A DNA stretch of 64,000 nucleotides from an uncultured Fibrobacteria bacterium. GTDB lineage: Bacteria; Fibrobacterota; Fibrobacteria; UBA11236. The notes under the pieces were generated by a model. It did no database searches. It was not told where the DNA came from and was given only the letters and a program-made list of their open reading frames with translations. Position numbers and translations under genes: made by a program. Positions 37,354 through 46,965 of this stretch are shown here, piece after piece; position 1 is the stretch's first letter, and the number at the start of each line of letters is the position of its first letter. The stretch spans positions 3,680,001 to 3,744,000 of the forward strand of contig OY970309.1 in assembly GCA_963716395.1 (NCBI GenBank), given 5' to 3'.

Positions 37354-39039
37354 CTAGTGCAGAATCGGCAGGCTGGGTTGGACCTGGTTCTGGCCGCGCA
37401 AATCCAACAGGCTGAACAACAGCGACGGACACAGTAAAGAAAAAGACGCCTGCGGTTCGAGGAGATAAGGCGCCTTGCCCACGGCCGGGATATCGCGCAG
37501 CGATTTCGAATCGAGAGCGTTGAAGGTCAGGCCGCGCACGGGCGTGCAGACTCCGGTGGCGGTGTCCACCGCATCGATTTCCACCGGCGCCGGCAGCACA
37601 AAGGCACCGCGACTCGTATTGGGATCGGCATAGGGCAGGTAGCGCATGAGCGGGTGGCGCAGCAGCTTCCAGGCATCCTGGTCGGCCACTTTGGAAACGC
37701 GCAAACCGTAGGGCGCACCTTCATCGCGCGCCATGCGCCGCAACGAATCGAGCAACTTGCCTTCGCTCAGCCCGCCGGAAACCTGCACCTCTACCACGCC
37801 GGGAAAGCCGCCGCCGTAGCGCCAATGTCCGTTGTCGCTCATCTCGCCGGGGAGAATCGGGGTTTTGCCCCGGTAAAAATCGGTGATCCGTCCGCGATCG
37901 ACGAGCAGCACATTGGCGGCCGGCTGGCCTTCCTGATCGAATTTGTAGGCCCCGTATAAAAGCTTCCCCCGGTAGCTGCGCAGGAACGGAGTGTCGCGCA
38001 CCGTGATATTATCGGGCAGATATTTGCGGTCCAGAAGCCCCAGCAAGAAGGCGGGCTCGCTGTTTTCACTCAAAGGCGCACGCAGGGTGGCCTGCGGCTG
38101 CAGCAAGGTTTGATCGATGACCTCGCAGGCCGCCCCGCGCGTGAACAAAACCGGACCGCGGTACGAATTCACCGCCGGAACATGGCGCAATCCATCCAGA
38201 CGGTGAAGCAGGTACGTCAGCGTGTCCCGCAACTCCGCTTCAGGCGGGGTGCCGCCGCGGCCCGGCCATCCGACGCGGGAAGACAGGCGCGCGTAATCCC
38301 ACAGCGGTTCGCCGTCAGACGCCTGACACAACAGGGCCGCCAGCCAGGTATTCTCCTGCAACGACTGGATGTAGCTCGCACCTTGGGAGTCGACGTAATA
38401 AAAGGTGACGTAATAGTATTGGTAGGCGACGCGCGACTCGGCCAGCCAAGCATGGCGCCCGACTTCGGCGCTGAGCCGGCGGCACAGGTTGATCCAGGCC
38501 GCCGTGTCGGGCGGCGTCAAAGCATCGATGTCGCGCTGCTGCAGGGATTTCTGCCGCGTCCAATCCGGCAGCACGTCCAGGCCATGGTGGTTGGCCAAAA
38601 AGGATTTCTTCTGCGCCAACTGTTCCACGGCCACCTTGTAGCGCGCGTCGGTCAAGGTCCACAAGGCCTGGCGCAACAGCAAGGTGTCGTCCGACTCGGG
38701 GATGGGCGCCTGCAGTTGGGGGCCGAACACCAGGCCGCCCGCGTATTGTGACTGATCCTGGTCATAGGAGCCCACGCGCAAATCCACATCGAGCATGCGG
38801 GTGCGCTCGGGCTCGTCGCGCTCCACCGACCCCATCGAGGTTTCGACGTGGTAGCCCTGCATATCCCACAACAGGTAACTCATAAAATACGGGCGGGGTT
38901 CGCCCTTGAGCTGCAAACTGTCCATGGATCGCCGCAATTCGCTGCGCATGGCCCCCAGCAGCAAGGTGTCGGGCCGTTCCGGCGCGAAGCCCCAGGCCGA
39001 CAGCGCCGCCGACAGGCCCAGCAGCAGCGCCCGCTTCAT
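37354..39039 (-). CDS. TldE/PmbA-like protein with signal peptide
   Basis: Paralogous to the adjacent TldD (PYFMSY, LRVGSY, YRGPVLF, FDQEG); no HExxxH; ATGA overlap. Confidence 0.75.
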   Translation of the reverse strand: MKRALLLGLSAALSAWGFAPERPDTLLLGAMRSELRRSMDSLQLKGEPRPYFMSYLLWDMQGYHVETSMGSVERDEPERTRMLDVDLRVGSYDQDQSQYAGGLVFGPQLQAPIPESDDTLLLRQALWTLTDARYKVAVEQLAQKKSFLANHHGLDVLPDWTRQKSLQQRDIDALTPPDTAAWINLCRRLSAEVGRHAWLAESRVAYQYYYVTFYYVDSQGASYIQSLQENTWLAALLCQASDGEPLWDYARLSSRVGWPGRGGTPPEAELRDTLTYLLHRLDGLRHVPAVNSYRGPVLFTRGAACEVIDQTLLQPQATLRAPLSENSEPAFLLGLLDRKYLPDNITVRDTPFLRSYRGKLLYGAYKFDQEGQPAANVLLVDRGRITDFYRGKTPILPGEMSDNGHWRYGGGFPGVVEVQVSGGLSEGKLLDSLRRMARDEGAPYGLRVSKVADQDAWKLLRHPLMRYLPYADPNTSRGAFVLPAPVEIDAVDTATGVCTPVRGLTFNALDSKSLRDIPAVGKAPYLLEPQASFSLLCPSLLFSLLDLRGQNQVQPSLPILH

Positions 39040-40751
39040 GGCGACCTCCGCGGCGGCGGCAACAGCGGCGGAAGATTCTGATCTTTGGCGCGGCTCTCGA
39101 ACTCCATGGAATACATCAGCAGCGAGGGCGAAATCGCGGCCACCGGCACCCAACCCGATTCGGCGCCGCATTCCCCGTTGAACACGGCGGGATCATTGCC
39201 GGCCGCGGCGATTTGGTCCAGGCTGGTCAACGGTGTGCCCACGGCATCGACGCCCCGCACCACCCGATCTGGCCGGCCGTCGGCGAACACCTGGGTCACG
39301 TACAGCGGTTCGACGCGAAAGGTTTGCGGCAGGTCGCGGGTGGTATAGGTGTTGCCGCCGGAAATGTCGTGCAGAATGAGTCCGAAAGGTAGGTGTTGCA
39401 AACGCAATAGTGATCGCAAACTATCGCGCAGGGCCGGAAACGACAAGGTGCGCGAGGCGGTGAGAATGGTGTTTCCCATGCGTGCCACCACTGGCAGCCC
39501 CAAATCGGCGCGGCCATGTCCGTTGGAAACGCCGTGCGGCGACAGCACCGAACGGCTGAAGAGAAAATCGCGGAACACGCCGTGATCGATGAGCAGGGTT
39601 TTTTGCGCCGGCACGCCCTCGTCATCGAAGCGGTAATAGCCGTTCAATTCCTGCCCGTCGCGGAATGACTCGGTGGGATCGTCGAACACCGACACGATGG
39701 GATTGGTGATGCGCCGGCCGACCTTGGAGACGAAGGTTTGCCCTTCGTCCACCGCCTTTTGCCGATGCCCTTCGACCCGGTGCCCGAAGACTTCGTGGAT
39801 GTAGACGCCGGCGGCCACGTTCTGCAGAATCACCGGCCCGACGTAGGTCTCCAGCACGGGCGCGCGCCGCAAGGTATCGAGTTGGGCCAGCAGCAGACGC
39901 ACGGCTTGGGTTAAGGTATCGGCGGGAAAATCCAGCGGAACCTGGCGAAAGTGGAAATCGCGGAGCAGCCAAAGGATCATGCCGTCGTCGGCCTTGGTCT
40001 CGACATAGATGGAAATGCTACCCAAAGTTTCCGAATGGGCCAGCGCCGTGCCTTCGGAAGAAACCAGGCGCTTGAGCACCGTACCGAAGTTGAAATCGAT
40101 TTGGCTGGCGTAGAGATGCGGGTCGCCGGAAAATAAACGCGAGGCGCGCAGGATGCGGGCGTATACGGTATCCAGCGCTTTCCGGTCGGGCAGTGACACC
40201 GGCGTTTCCTCGTCGAAATGCGTCGGCGGTTGCGGTGCGAAGTCGAGGCCGCTGTCGCCTTCGGGCGGGCGCACGCCCACATTGGCGCGAATCTTGGCAA
40301 AAGCGTCGCGGGCCGCCCGATAGGCGTAATCGGTGGCGCTACGCAGCGACTTCCGGACATAGGCGACATTGCGATCGAGCGGCCAGGGCACGTCCTGGAA
40401 GCCGGTCCAGGGATCGAATTCGAGGTTCTCGCGCAAGGGATGGGTGTTGTCGAAGGCCGGGCTCCCCACCCGCACTTCGACGCTGAGCGCACGCGCCGCG
40501 TGGCGATGATCGACAATCACCCCGCCCTTGTTGGCGCTGAATGCGATGAGGTCGGAATCGTTCACGCGGTAGGCGAGATAATAGGGCGGCAACGAGTCTT
40601 GCTGCCGCAGTTCGGCGAAGTTTTTTGGCAGTTCGCGTTGCAGCAAAGGCAACAGCACGGCCGACGTATCCACGGCCCCATGGGCCGCAATGGCCGCGGC
40701 CAACACGCCGCCGCCGAGGACGCGTGGCAAGACGGAATTCGGAATGCGCAT
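39036..40751 (-). CDS. TldD-like metalloprotease with signal peptide
   Basis: YIHEVFGHRVEG (HExxGH), FDDEG, SNGHGR, RMGN, GECGAESG.VPV. Confidence 0.88.
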   Translation of the reverse strand: MRIPNSVLPRVLGGGVLAAAIAAHGAVDTSAVLLPLLQRELPKNFAELRQQDSLPPYYLAYRVNDSDLIAFSANKGGVIVDHRHAARALSVEVRVGSPAFDNTHPLRENLEFDPWTGFQDVPWPLDRNVAYVRKSLRSATDYAYRAARDAFAKIRANVGVRPPEGDSGLDFAPQPPTHFDEETPVSLPDRKALDTVYARILRASRLFSGDPHLYASQIDFNFGTVLKRLVSSEGTALAHSETLGSISIYVETKADDGMILWLLRDFHFRQVPLDFPADTLTQAVRLLLAQLDTLRRAPVLETYVGPVILQNVAAGVYIHEVFGHRVEGHRQKAVDEGQTFVSKVGRRITNPIVSVFDDPTESFRDGQELNGYYRFDDEGVPAQKTLLIDHGVFRDFLFSRSVLSPHGVSNGHGRADLGLPVVARMGNTILTASRTLSFPALRDSLRSLLRLQHLPFGLILHDISGGNTYTTRDLPQTFRVEPLYVTQVFADGRPDRVVRGVDAVGTPLTSLDQIAAAGNDPAVFNGECGAESGWVPVAAISPSLLMYSMEFESRAKDQNLPPLLPPPRRSP

Positions 40752-40766
40752 GGGAGAAGCAGGAAA

Positions 40767-41903
40767 CTATAAAAACCGGGGATGCCGACGCAGCCAGCCG
40801 GCGAGGTTCCAGTCCGGTTCTTGGCCGTCGCCGCGCAGGAACAACCCGAATCCCGGCAGGGTGGCGGCGCGATGCCACCCCGCGGCCAGATCCACATGCT
40901 CCTGCGACTGCGTCGCGGCCGCTCCCAGGTTTTGCAGGTGTTGTGCCAGGTATTCCTGCTCGGACTGTCCGGGCGTGGGTACCAGCAGCACTCCGTTTTT
41001 ACCCAGTCCCGCCAATTCCATCACCGAAGTGTAGCCCGAGCGGCAGACCACGTGGTGCGCAGACTCGAGCAACCGCTGCAAAACCGGTCCCGGCAAATGA
41101 TCGAAAACATTCAGTTCGCCCGCTCGCAAGGCGGCTGCGGATGACGCGGTCCCGCCCGGCAACCCGCGCACCAGGACGCGCGTGCCCGGCCACGATTCCA
41201 ATTGGCGGCGGAGCAAAGCTTCGAACACACTGCGCTGCGGTTCCGGTCCGCTGGCCCAAGCCAAAACCTCCAGGCCATCCGAAGCGGATGCGGGCGGAGC
41301 GCGCCTCCACTCCAGGTCTTCCGGCCGGTAGCGGCATAGCGGATAGATATACTGAGCGCGGGGCCAGCTTTTGCCGGGATGCGAAAGACGCCCGGCCAAA
41401 TTGCGGGAGCCGGGAAAATCGGGCACCCATATCTCGCGAAAGCCGCGCAAGGCCAGGCGGTTCAAGGCGCCGAGAGCACGCCGCCCCCAAGGCCGCAGCC
41501 AAACCGGGCCCGGCGGTTCGATATCGAGCTGATGGGTTACGAACACGCAGGGCACGCGGCGCGTGCGCAAGCCATAGCGGCCATCGGCGATCACCAAGCC
41601 GACGCCATGCCGGCGCACCAAAGCCGGAAGGCGAAGCCAATCGCGCAGCATGGAGGCGAAAAAAAACGGTAGTTGCAGCAGCAACCACAGCGGCAGCCAA
41701 AAACGCGACTTGGAATAGCGCATGGAATACGACGCGAGGGTTTCCATCGGCACATCGGGAAACTCGCTGTGCAACAAAAGCCGGCCCGGGCCGTCGGCGC
41801 CGAGCACGACTTCATGCCCGGCCGCGCGCAAGGCGCGCACGATGGGAATGCAGCGGGTGGCATGGCCCAAACCCCAATTGAGCGGAGCGATGAAAACGCG
41901 CAT
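40767..41903 (-). CDS. Glycosyltransferase (GT-B, MurG/GT28-like)
   Basis: APLNWGLGHATRCIP, SGPEPQR, CRSGYTSVMEL, VPTPGQSEQEYLA. Confidence 0.88.
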   Translation of the reverse strand: MRVFIAPLNWGLGHATRCIPIVRALRAAGHEVVLGADGPGRLLLHSEFPDVPMETLASYSMRYSKSRFWLPLWLLLQLPFFFASMLRDWLRLPALVRRHGVGLVIADGRYGLRTRRVPCVFVTHQLDIEPPGPVWLRPWGRRALGALNRLALRGFREIWVPDFPGSRNLAGRLSHPGKSWPRAQYIYPLCRYRPEDLEWRRAPPASASDGLEVLAWASGPEPQRSVFEALLRRQLESWPGTRVLVRGLPGGTASSAAALRAGELNVFDHLPGPVLQRLLESAHHVVCRSGYTSVMELAGLGKNGVLLVPTPGQSEQEYLAQHLQNLGAAATQSQEHVDLAAGWHRAATLPGFGLFLRGDGQEPDWNLAGWLRRHPRFL

Positions 41904-41912
41904 GGCTAAAGC

Positions 41913-42731
41913 TCACCCGGCCGCGGCGCAGCGCAGCATGCCTTCCACTCCGGGGTAAACCGCCCGCCAGTAGCGTTCGCGTTCACTGCGCCATTGCCGG
42001 CGCACCGTGTCGAGGTGATCGTCGGGCAAGGCTCCGTGGTGCGGATGCCGATCGGGCTCGGGATGGTAGGGTAACTCCAGGGTTACAAGGGCCGGAGCTT
42101 CGGCGGGCCGGCAAAAGCTGCCCAAGCTGCCCGGCAAGGGCCGGCTTCGTTCCACGCGCAGGCGGAATTGCCGGCGCGCCGCAGCGTCCAGCCCCTGCCA
42201 CATGCCCTGCGCCAAAGCGGCGGCGCGATCGCCGTCGGCGTCGATTTCGCTCAGGGCCCAATGCAGGCTGACGATGCGCGTGGGACGCAGCCGGGTGATG
42301 AGTTCGTACAACAACCGCGTTTCGGGCTCCGACAATGGGGCCTCTCCCGGCGGTTCATCGGCCGACGCGCTCCAATGCTCGGGCAGATTGCGGTTGAGAT
42401 CGACGCCGCGCGCATTGTAACGGCTCTCGCGGGCATAGCCGTCGGGGTTGAGCAGCGGCAGCACGGCCAGCGGACCCAAGCCGGAGCCGCCGCCCTCGGA
42501 TTCCAGGTGATCCGCGATGAAGGCTTCGAGAAAAGGCACGGTGGCGCTTTCGTCGCCATGCGTGCCGCCGAGGAACAAAGTCCAGTCCGCGCCGGCCTGG
42601 TCGGTGGCGAAGTTCGCGCACACCCGAATGGGTCGCCCTTCGAGCGATGTTCCCAATTCGTTCCAACCTGGGCGCAATTCCATGGGACGCAATTCTACTT
42701 GGTCGAGGAAGATGTTAAAAGTATGAGGCAC
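41913..42731 (-). CDS. mpaA: Murein peptide amidase A-like M14 zinc carboxypeptidase
   Basis: GGTHGDE, NPDG, RYNARGVDLNRN, SEPET, SLH, TLELP. Confidence 0.8.
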   Translation of the reverse strand: MPHTFNIFLDQVELRPMELRPGWNELGTSLEGRPIRVCANFATDQAGADWTLFLGGTHGDESATVPFLEAFIADHLESEGGGSGLGPLAVLPLLNPDGYARESRYNARGVDLNRNLPEHWSASADEPPGEAPLSEPETRLLYELITRLRPTRIVSLHWALSEIDADGDRAAALAQGMWQGLDAAARRQFRLRVERSRPLPGSLGSFCRPAEAPALVTLELPYHPEPDRHPHHGALPDDHLDTVRRQWRSERERYWRAVYPGVEGMLRCAAAG

Positions 42732-42875
42732 TTCCCTGGGTTTTTCTGGCGGAGATCAAATACGCTGCGACAAGCTCAACGCGCAGTTCCAGCGTGCTCT
42801 ACGGCGGGTGAGCCCGTCGAACCCGCTGCAAAGCACAGAGCTTGTCGAATCAATTATGTTCTTGGCCCATCTTCC

Positions 42876-43931
42876 ATGATCACCGTTTATTCCGTCCGCA
42901 AATTCTTGCCGGCGCGCCGGGTGTTCCGCACCGCCCGCCAGGTCAAAACCGGTGTGGAAAACGTGTTTCTGGTGCTGAGCCAGGACAAGGTACGCGGTTT
43001 CGGCGAGGCCAGCCCGAATCGCTACTTCGGCGTCGATGCCGAAAGCGTGCACCTGCAATTGTCCGGCCTAGCGGATTTTCTGCGGCGACAAACCCTGCGC
43101 GCTTCCAGCGACATTGCCCGCATCGGCGGGACCGCGCAACGCCAGGCCGGACTTTCGCCGGCCGCCTGCTGCGCCCTGGACACGGCCTTGTGGGATTTGT
43201 GGGGAAAATTGGATCATCGCGCCGCCGCCCGGATTTTATGGGCGGAAAAGCCCGTGTCCTTTCTCACCTCGGTGACCCTGAGCGCGTCGTGCCCCGAAGA
43301 ATCGCCCGAAGACTTCGAGGCACGCCTGGAAGAAGTGCGCGGCTTTCCCTGCGTCAAGGTCAAGCTCGACGCCTCCGGCGATCTCACGGCCTTGCGGCGT
43401 CTACGCGCAGTGGGCGTGCCGCGGTTGCGGGTCGACGCCAATGCGTCGTGGACGCCGGACCAATGCCGGGCGCTGCTCCCCGATCTGCGGGAACTGGGCG
43501 TCGAAGCCCTGGAGCAGCCGTTGCCGCCGGAATTGGATGAAGAAATGATGGAAATCACAAAGAACTCTCCCCTACCCGTGATTGCCGACGAAAGCTGCGT
43601 CGACGCCGAAGACGTGCGGCGCCTGGCGCCCCTGTTTTCGGGTGTGAACATCAAATTGGTGAAATGCGGAGGCCTGACGGCGGGCGTTGCCATGCTGCGC
43701 CTGGCGCGGCAATTGGGACTAAAAATCATGGTGGGGTGCATGCTTGAATCCAGCGTGCTCATCGCCGCCGGTCTGGCCCTGGCCCAATCCGCCGAATGGG
43801 CCGATTTGGACGGGCAATGGCTGCTGGCCGCCGACCCCTTTGCAGGGCTGGGTTTTGCCGATGGGCAACTGATGCCGAGCGAAAAACCGGGCCTGGGGGT
43901 TCGCTTGCGTGGTCGGCCGGACCGAGGGTAG
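42876..43931 (+). CDS. Dipeptide epimerase (L-Ala-D/L-Glu epimerase, enolase superfamily)
   Basis: GFGEA, VKVKL (KxK), RVDAN, EQP, ADES, NIKLVKCGG, GCMLES, DLDG. Confidence 0.88.
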   Translation: MITVYSVRKFLPARRVFRTARQVKTGVENVFLVLSQDKVRGFGEASPNRYFGVDAESVHLQLSGLADFLRRQTLRASSDIARIGGTAQRQAGLSPAACCALDTALWDLWGKLDHRAAARILWAEKPVSFLTSVTLSASCPEESPEDFEARLEEVRGFPCVKVKLDASGDLTALRRLRAVGVPRLRVDANASWTPDQCRALLPDLRELGVEALEQPLPPELDEEMMEITKNSPLPVIADESCVDAEDVRRLAPLFSGVNIKLVKCGGLTAGVAMLRLARQLGLKIMVGCMLESSVLIAAGLALAQSAEWADLDGQWLLAADPFAGLGFADGQLMPSEKPGLGVRLRGRPDRG

Positions 43932-43940
43932 ATTTAGGCC

Positions 43941-44492
43941 ATGGAAAAGCCCGCATCCGAAGCCCCGACCGTACTCACGCGCGGCCATCCCGTGCTGGCG
44001 CGTCGATCCGATCCGGTGTCGGATCTCCGCTCCTCCGAGTTTCAGGAATTTCTCGACACGCTGATTCAGAGCGGGGAAAAAAATCTCGGCGTGGGCATTG
44101 CCGCGCCGCAAGTGGGAAAAAATTTACGCGCCTTTATATTGGCCCCCAAACCATCCCCTCGCTATCCCGACGCCCCATACTGGGATCCCACGCCCATCAT
44201 CAACCCGGAAATTCTGGAAACCTTCGGACCGCGGGAAAAAAGTTGGGAAGGCTGTCTCAGCGTGCCGGGGTTCCGGGGCCGGGTTCCGCGGCATCAGGGC
44301 CTACGCGTGCGGTATCTGAATCGCTTCGGAGACGCGCAGGAAGCCGTGTTCGCAGACTTCGTGGCCCGTATCTTCCAGCACGAATTCGATCATCTCGAAG
44401 GCATTCTTTATCCCGAACGCATGGACAAAGAAGATCGCCTGCTGGATTTGGAAGAGTTTTTCGCCGAAACCGGCGTGCGCGTTCCGCGTTGA
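43941..44492 (+). CDS. def: Peptide deformylase
   Basis: GVGIAAPQVG, EGCLS, QHEFDHLEG. Confidence 0.97.
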   Translation: MEKPASEAPTVLTRGHPVLARRSDPVSDLRSSEFQEFLDTLIQSGEKNLGVGIAAPQVGKNLRAFILAPKPSPRYPDAPYWDPTPIINPEILETFGPREKSWEGCLSVPGFRGRVPRHQGLRVRYLNRFGDAQEAVFADFVARIFQHEFDHLEGILYPERMDKEDRLLDLEEFFAETGVRVPR

Positions 44493-44508
44493 GAACCCGG
44501 CGCCGCGA

Positions 44509-44526
44509 GCGAACGATTCCGTTCGC
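44509..44526. terminator. Hairpin between convergent def and SRP RNA
   Basis: GCGAACG-ATTC-CGTTCGC 7-bp stem; no clear U-tract. Confidence 0.3.
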
Positions 44527-44560
44527 CTGCGTCGGACCTTAGTGTGTATGAACCCGAAAA

Positions 44561-44682
44561 CCCATCCCGGTACTCGTCAAGCCGGAACACGGCACATGGT
44601 TGTGACGCTTACCGTTGCTGCTTTCGCCCTGGCGGGGTTCAGCTCTGCCCCATTGCGTGGGGCCTGCCTTTCCCGGGATGAG
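44561..44682 (-). ncRNA. ffs: Signal recognition particle RNA (4.5S)
   Basis: Minus strand GAACCCCGCCAGGGCGAAAGCAGCAACGGTAAG matches SRP domain IV; closing stem CATCCCGG/CCGGGATG; located downstream of tadA; TATTTT box just upstream. Confidence 0.85.
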
Positions 44683-44687
44683 CGGCT

Positions 44688-45254
44688 TTAAAATACTTCT
44701 TCGCCACCCGATGAAACGCGGGGATTTTGTAGCGGCGCTCCGGCCGGTTTTTTCTTTTGCACGCGCGTGCGTTGAAAAAAATCCACCACCACTCCCAGAC
44801 ATTCACCTTCGAATATTCCGCCGCTGACCTGAACCACGCGATGGATGGGGTTGTCGCGCAAAATTTCATAGGCCGATCCCACCGCCCCCAGGCGTTTGTC
44901 GCGGGCCCCGAAGACCAGACGGGAGATGCGCGCATTGAGCACGGCGCCGGCGCACATGGGACAGGGCTCCAAAGTGGCGTACAAGGTGCAGCCGTCGAGC
45001 CGCCAATTCTGCAAGGCCTGGCAGGCGGCGCCGATGGCCAGGATTTCCGCATGCGCGGTGGGATCGCGCAAGGTTTCCATGCGATTGTGATCGCGCCCCA
45101 GCACCTTGCCGTCGCGCGCGATGACGCAGCCGATGGGAACCTCGCCCTCTTCACCCCCCTGGCGCGCCTCTTCCAACGCCAGACGCATGAAATGCGCATC
45201 GAGGCCTGGCGGCGATTGGCCCGTCATCGAGCTCTCCGGATTTTCTTGTTCCAT
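44688..45254 (-). CDS. tadA: tRNA adenosine(34) deaminase
   Basis: GEVPIG, DPTAHAE, TLEPCPMCAGA. Confidence 0.95.
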   Translation of the reverse strand: MEQENPESSMTGQSPPGLDAHFMRLALEEARQGGEEGEVPIGCVIARDGKVLGRDHNRMETLRDPTAHAEILAIGAACQALQNWRLDGCTLYATLEPCPMCAGAVLNARISRLVFGARDKRLGAVGSAYEILRDNPIHRVVQVSGGIFEGECLGVVVDFFQRTRVQKKKPAGAPLQNPRVSSGGEEVF

Positions 45255-45258
45255 AGGA

Positions 45259-46965
45259 TTAATGATAGAGAATTACGCGGTTGCGACCAGTTTCTTTGGC
45301 TTTATACAAAGCCTTGTCGGCTTTTTCGAGCAATTCCTTGCCGTAATGCGCGTCGTCAGGAAACAACGCGCCGCCGATGCTCAAGGTGGCGCGAAAGCGC
45401 GCCGGACCCGCGTCGAATTCCTTGGCTTCCAGGCTGCGGCGGATGCGTTCGGCCGTATCGCGGGCCCCGGCGGCGTCGGAATCGGGCAGCATGCACACGA
45501 ATTCTTCGCCGCCGTAGCGCGCCACTACGTCGATGCCGGCGCGCACGCTTTGGGACAGAAGCAGGGCGGTTTCCCGCAGCACCAGGTCGCCCACCGGATG
45601 TCCGTAACTGTCATTCACCTTCTTGAAAAAATCGATGTCCATCATCAGTACGGCCACCCGCTGTCCGCTACGCTGCGCCCGCAGCAATTCATCGCGGAAA
45701 CGCTCTTGAAAGGCGCGGTGGTTGAGCATGCCGGTGAGGCCGTCGCGGCTGGCCAGTTCTTCTTTTTCCTGATAGAGATGGGCGCGGCTGAGCGCAAATC
45801 CGGCGGCACGCGCCAAGGTGGTCAGCAGACTTTGGGTGGCTTCGGAGAAACGCGCGGCCTTGGCCGACTCCACGCACAGCGCCATATGCACGCCGCGATC
45901 GGTGGGTACGGGCACGGCCAGCAGGTTGCGCAAGGCGGCGCTGTAGGGCTCGCGCGGACTCAGGCGGAACACGGGCGGTCCCTTCAACACGCGGTTCAAG
46001 GCCTGTTCCTTTTCGAAAACCAGGTGCAGCAGTCCGCCTTCGCTGAGCGCGAAGCGAAAGCCGCGCAAGCGCGCGGCGTCGACGCCTTCGGCCGCCGCGA
46101 CCAAGGCCTGATCCGACCCCGGTTCCAAGCGCGCGGCCACGAAAATACGGTCGGCGTCGAAGGATTCGCGCAAATACTCGCAGAGCACCGCCACGATTTT
46201 TTCCTCGGACATGTTCTCGAGAAAACGGCGTTGGTAGCGCGAAAAGTGCTGAAGCTGCTCGTGGTTTTGCACGTATTCAAAAGACAGATAGGCGTGATAG
46301 GCCAGCATGCCAAGGCAGCGGGCGCAACCTTCCAACCGTTCCAGCGCCGCGGCGGAAAAAGCCTGCGACTCCCGGCTGTCCAGGAATAACGCCCCGCGCC
46401 GCACCCCTGCGGCCAGCACCGGCACGGCGGCCAACGAGCGAATGCCTTCGTCGCGGCCGTAATAATACAGTTGCTCGGATCCGGTGGGAATATCGCCTTC
46501 GAATACCCGGGCCGTATCTTCTTTCATCAGCCGTCCCACCAAACCGCGCGGGGCCGTCAGAACGGCGCCCGGAAGCAACGAAGGGGCGGCGCTGATCCAC
46601 ACGCGCAAATACCAGCCTTCGCGGCCGGGAAAGAAAATCCCGGCGGTAAGGGTTTGCGGAAAGGCCTCTTTCAGCACGGCCAGCAAATCCTGCATGACCT
46701 CGTCCAAGCCCTGCTCCAGAGCCTTCAATTCCTGGCTGCGCAGCCCGGAAGCGGCCGGCGCGCGTTCGGGCTCGGCGGCAGAGGAAGAAGGCAGGCGCAG
46801 AAAGCTTTGAGTATTGGTTTCGGGACGCGGTTCCGCCGGCGGCGGCGCCGGCGGCGGAACCGACCGCGACGACGGCCGCCGACGCCACAGCATCGCCACA
46901 CCGAATCCCAGGCACAGGCCGACCGCGAGGGCGGCAAAGGTCAGACCCGTACCGCCCGCCACCAC
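45259..46965 (-). CDS. Membrane-anchored GAF-GAF-GGDEF diguanylate cyclase
   Basis: N-terminal TM, two GAF-like regions, DGLTG, DIDFFKKVNDSYGHPVGD, RYGGEEF. Confidence 0.92.
   Translation of the reverse strand: MVAGGTGLTFAALAVGLCLGFGVAMLWRRRPSSRSVPPPAPPPAEPRPETNTQSFLRLPSSSAAEPERAPAASGLRSQELKALEQGLDEVMQDLLAVLKEAFPQTLTAGIFFPGREGWYLRVWISAAPSLLPGAVLTAPRGLVGRLMKEDTARVFEGDIPTGSEQLYYYGRDEGIRSLAAVPVLAAGVRRGALFLDSRESQAFSAAALERLEGCARCLGMLAYHAYLSFEYVQNHEQLQHFSRYQRRFLENMSEEKIVAVLCEYLRESFDADRIFVAARLEPGSDQALVAAAEGVDAARLRGFRFALSEGGLLHLVFEKEQALNRVLKGPPVFRLSPREPYSAALRNLLAVPVPTDRGVHMALCVESAKAARFSEATQSLLTTLARAAGFALSRAHLYQEKEELASRDGLTGMLNHRAFQERFRDELLRAQRSGQRVAVLMMDIDFFKKVNDSYGHPVGDLVLRETALLLSQSVRAGIDVVARYGGEEFVCMLPDSDAAGARDTAERIRRSLEAKEFDAGPARFRATLSIGGALFPDDAHYGKELLEKADKALYKAKETGRNRVILYH

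Noticed and set aside
42168-42875. Long N-terminal extensions on ORFs (epimerase, lptF, merR, K/X-like, der)
   Set aside because: They overlap genes on the opposite strand or in other frames; internal starts match the family N-termini.
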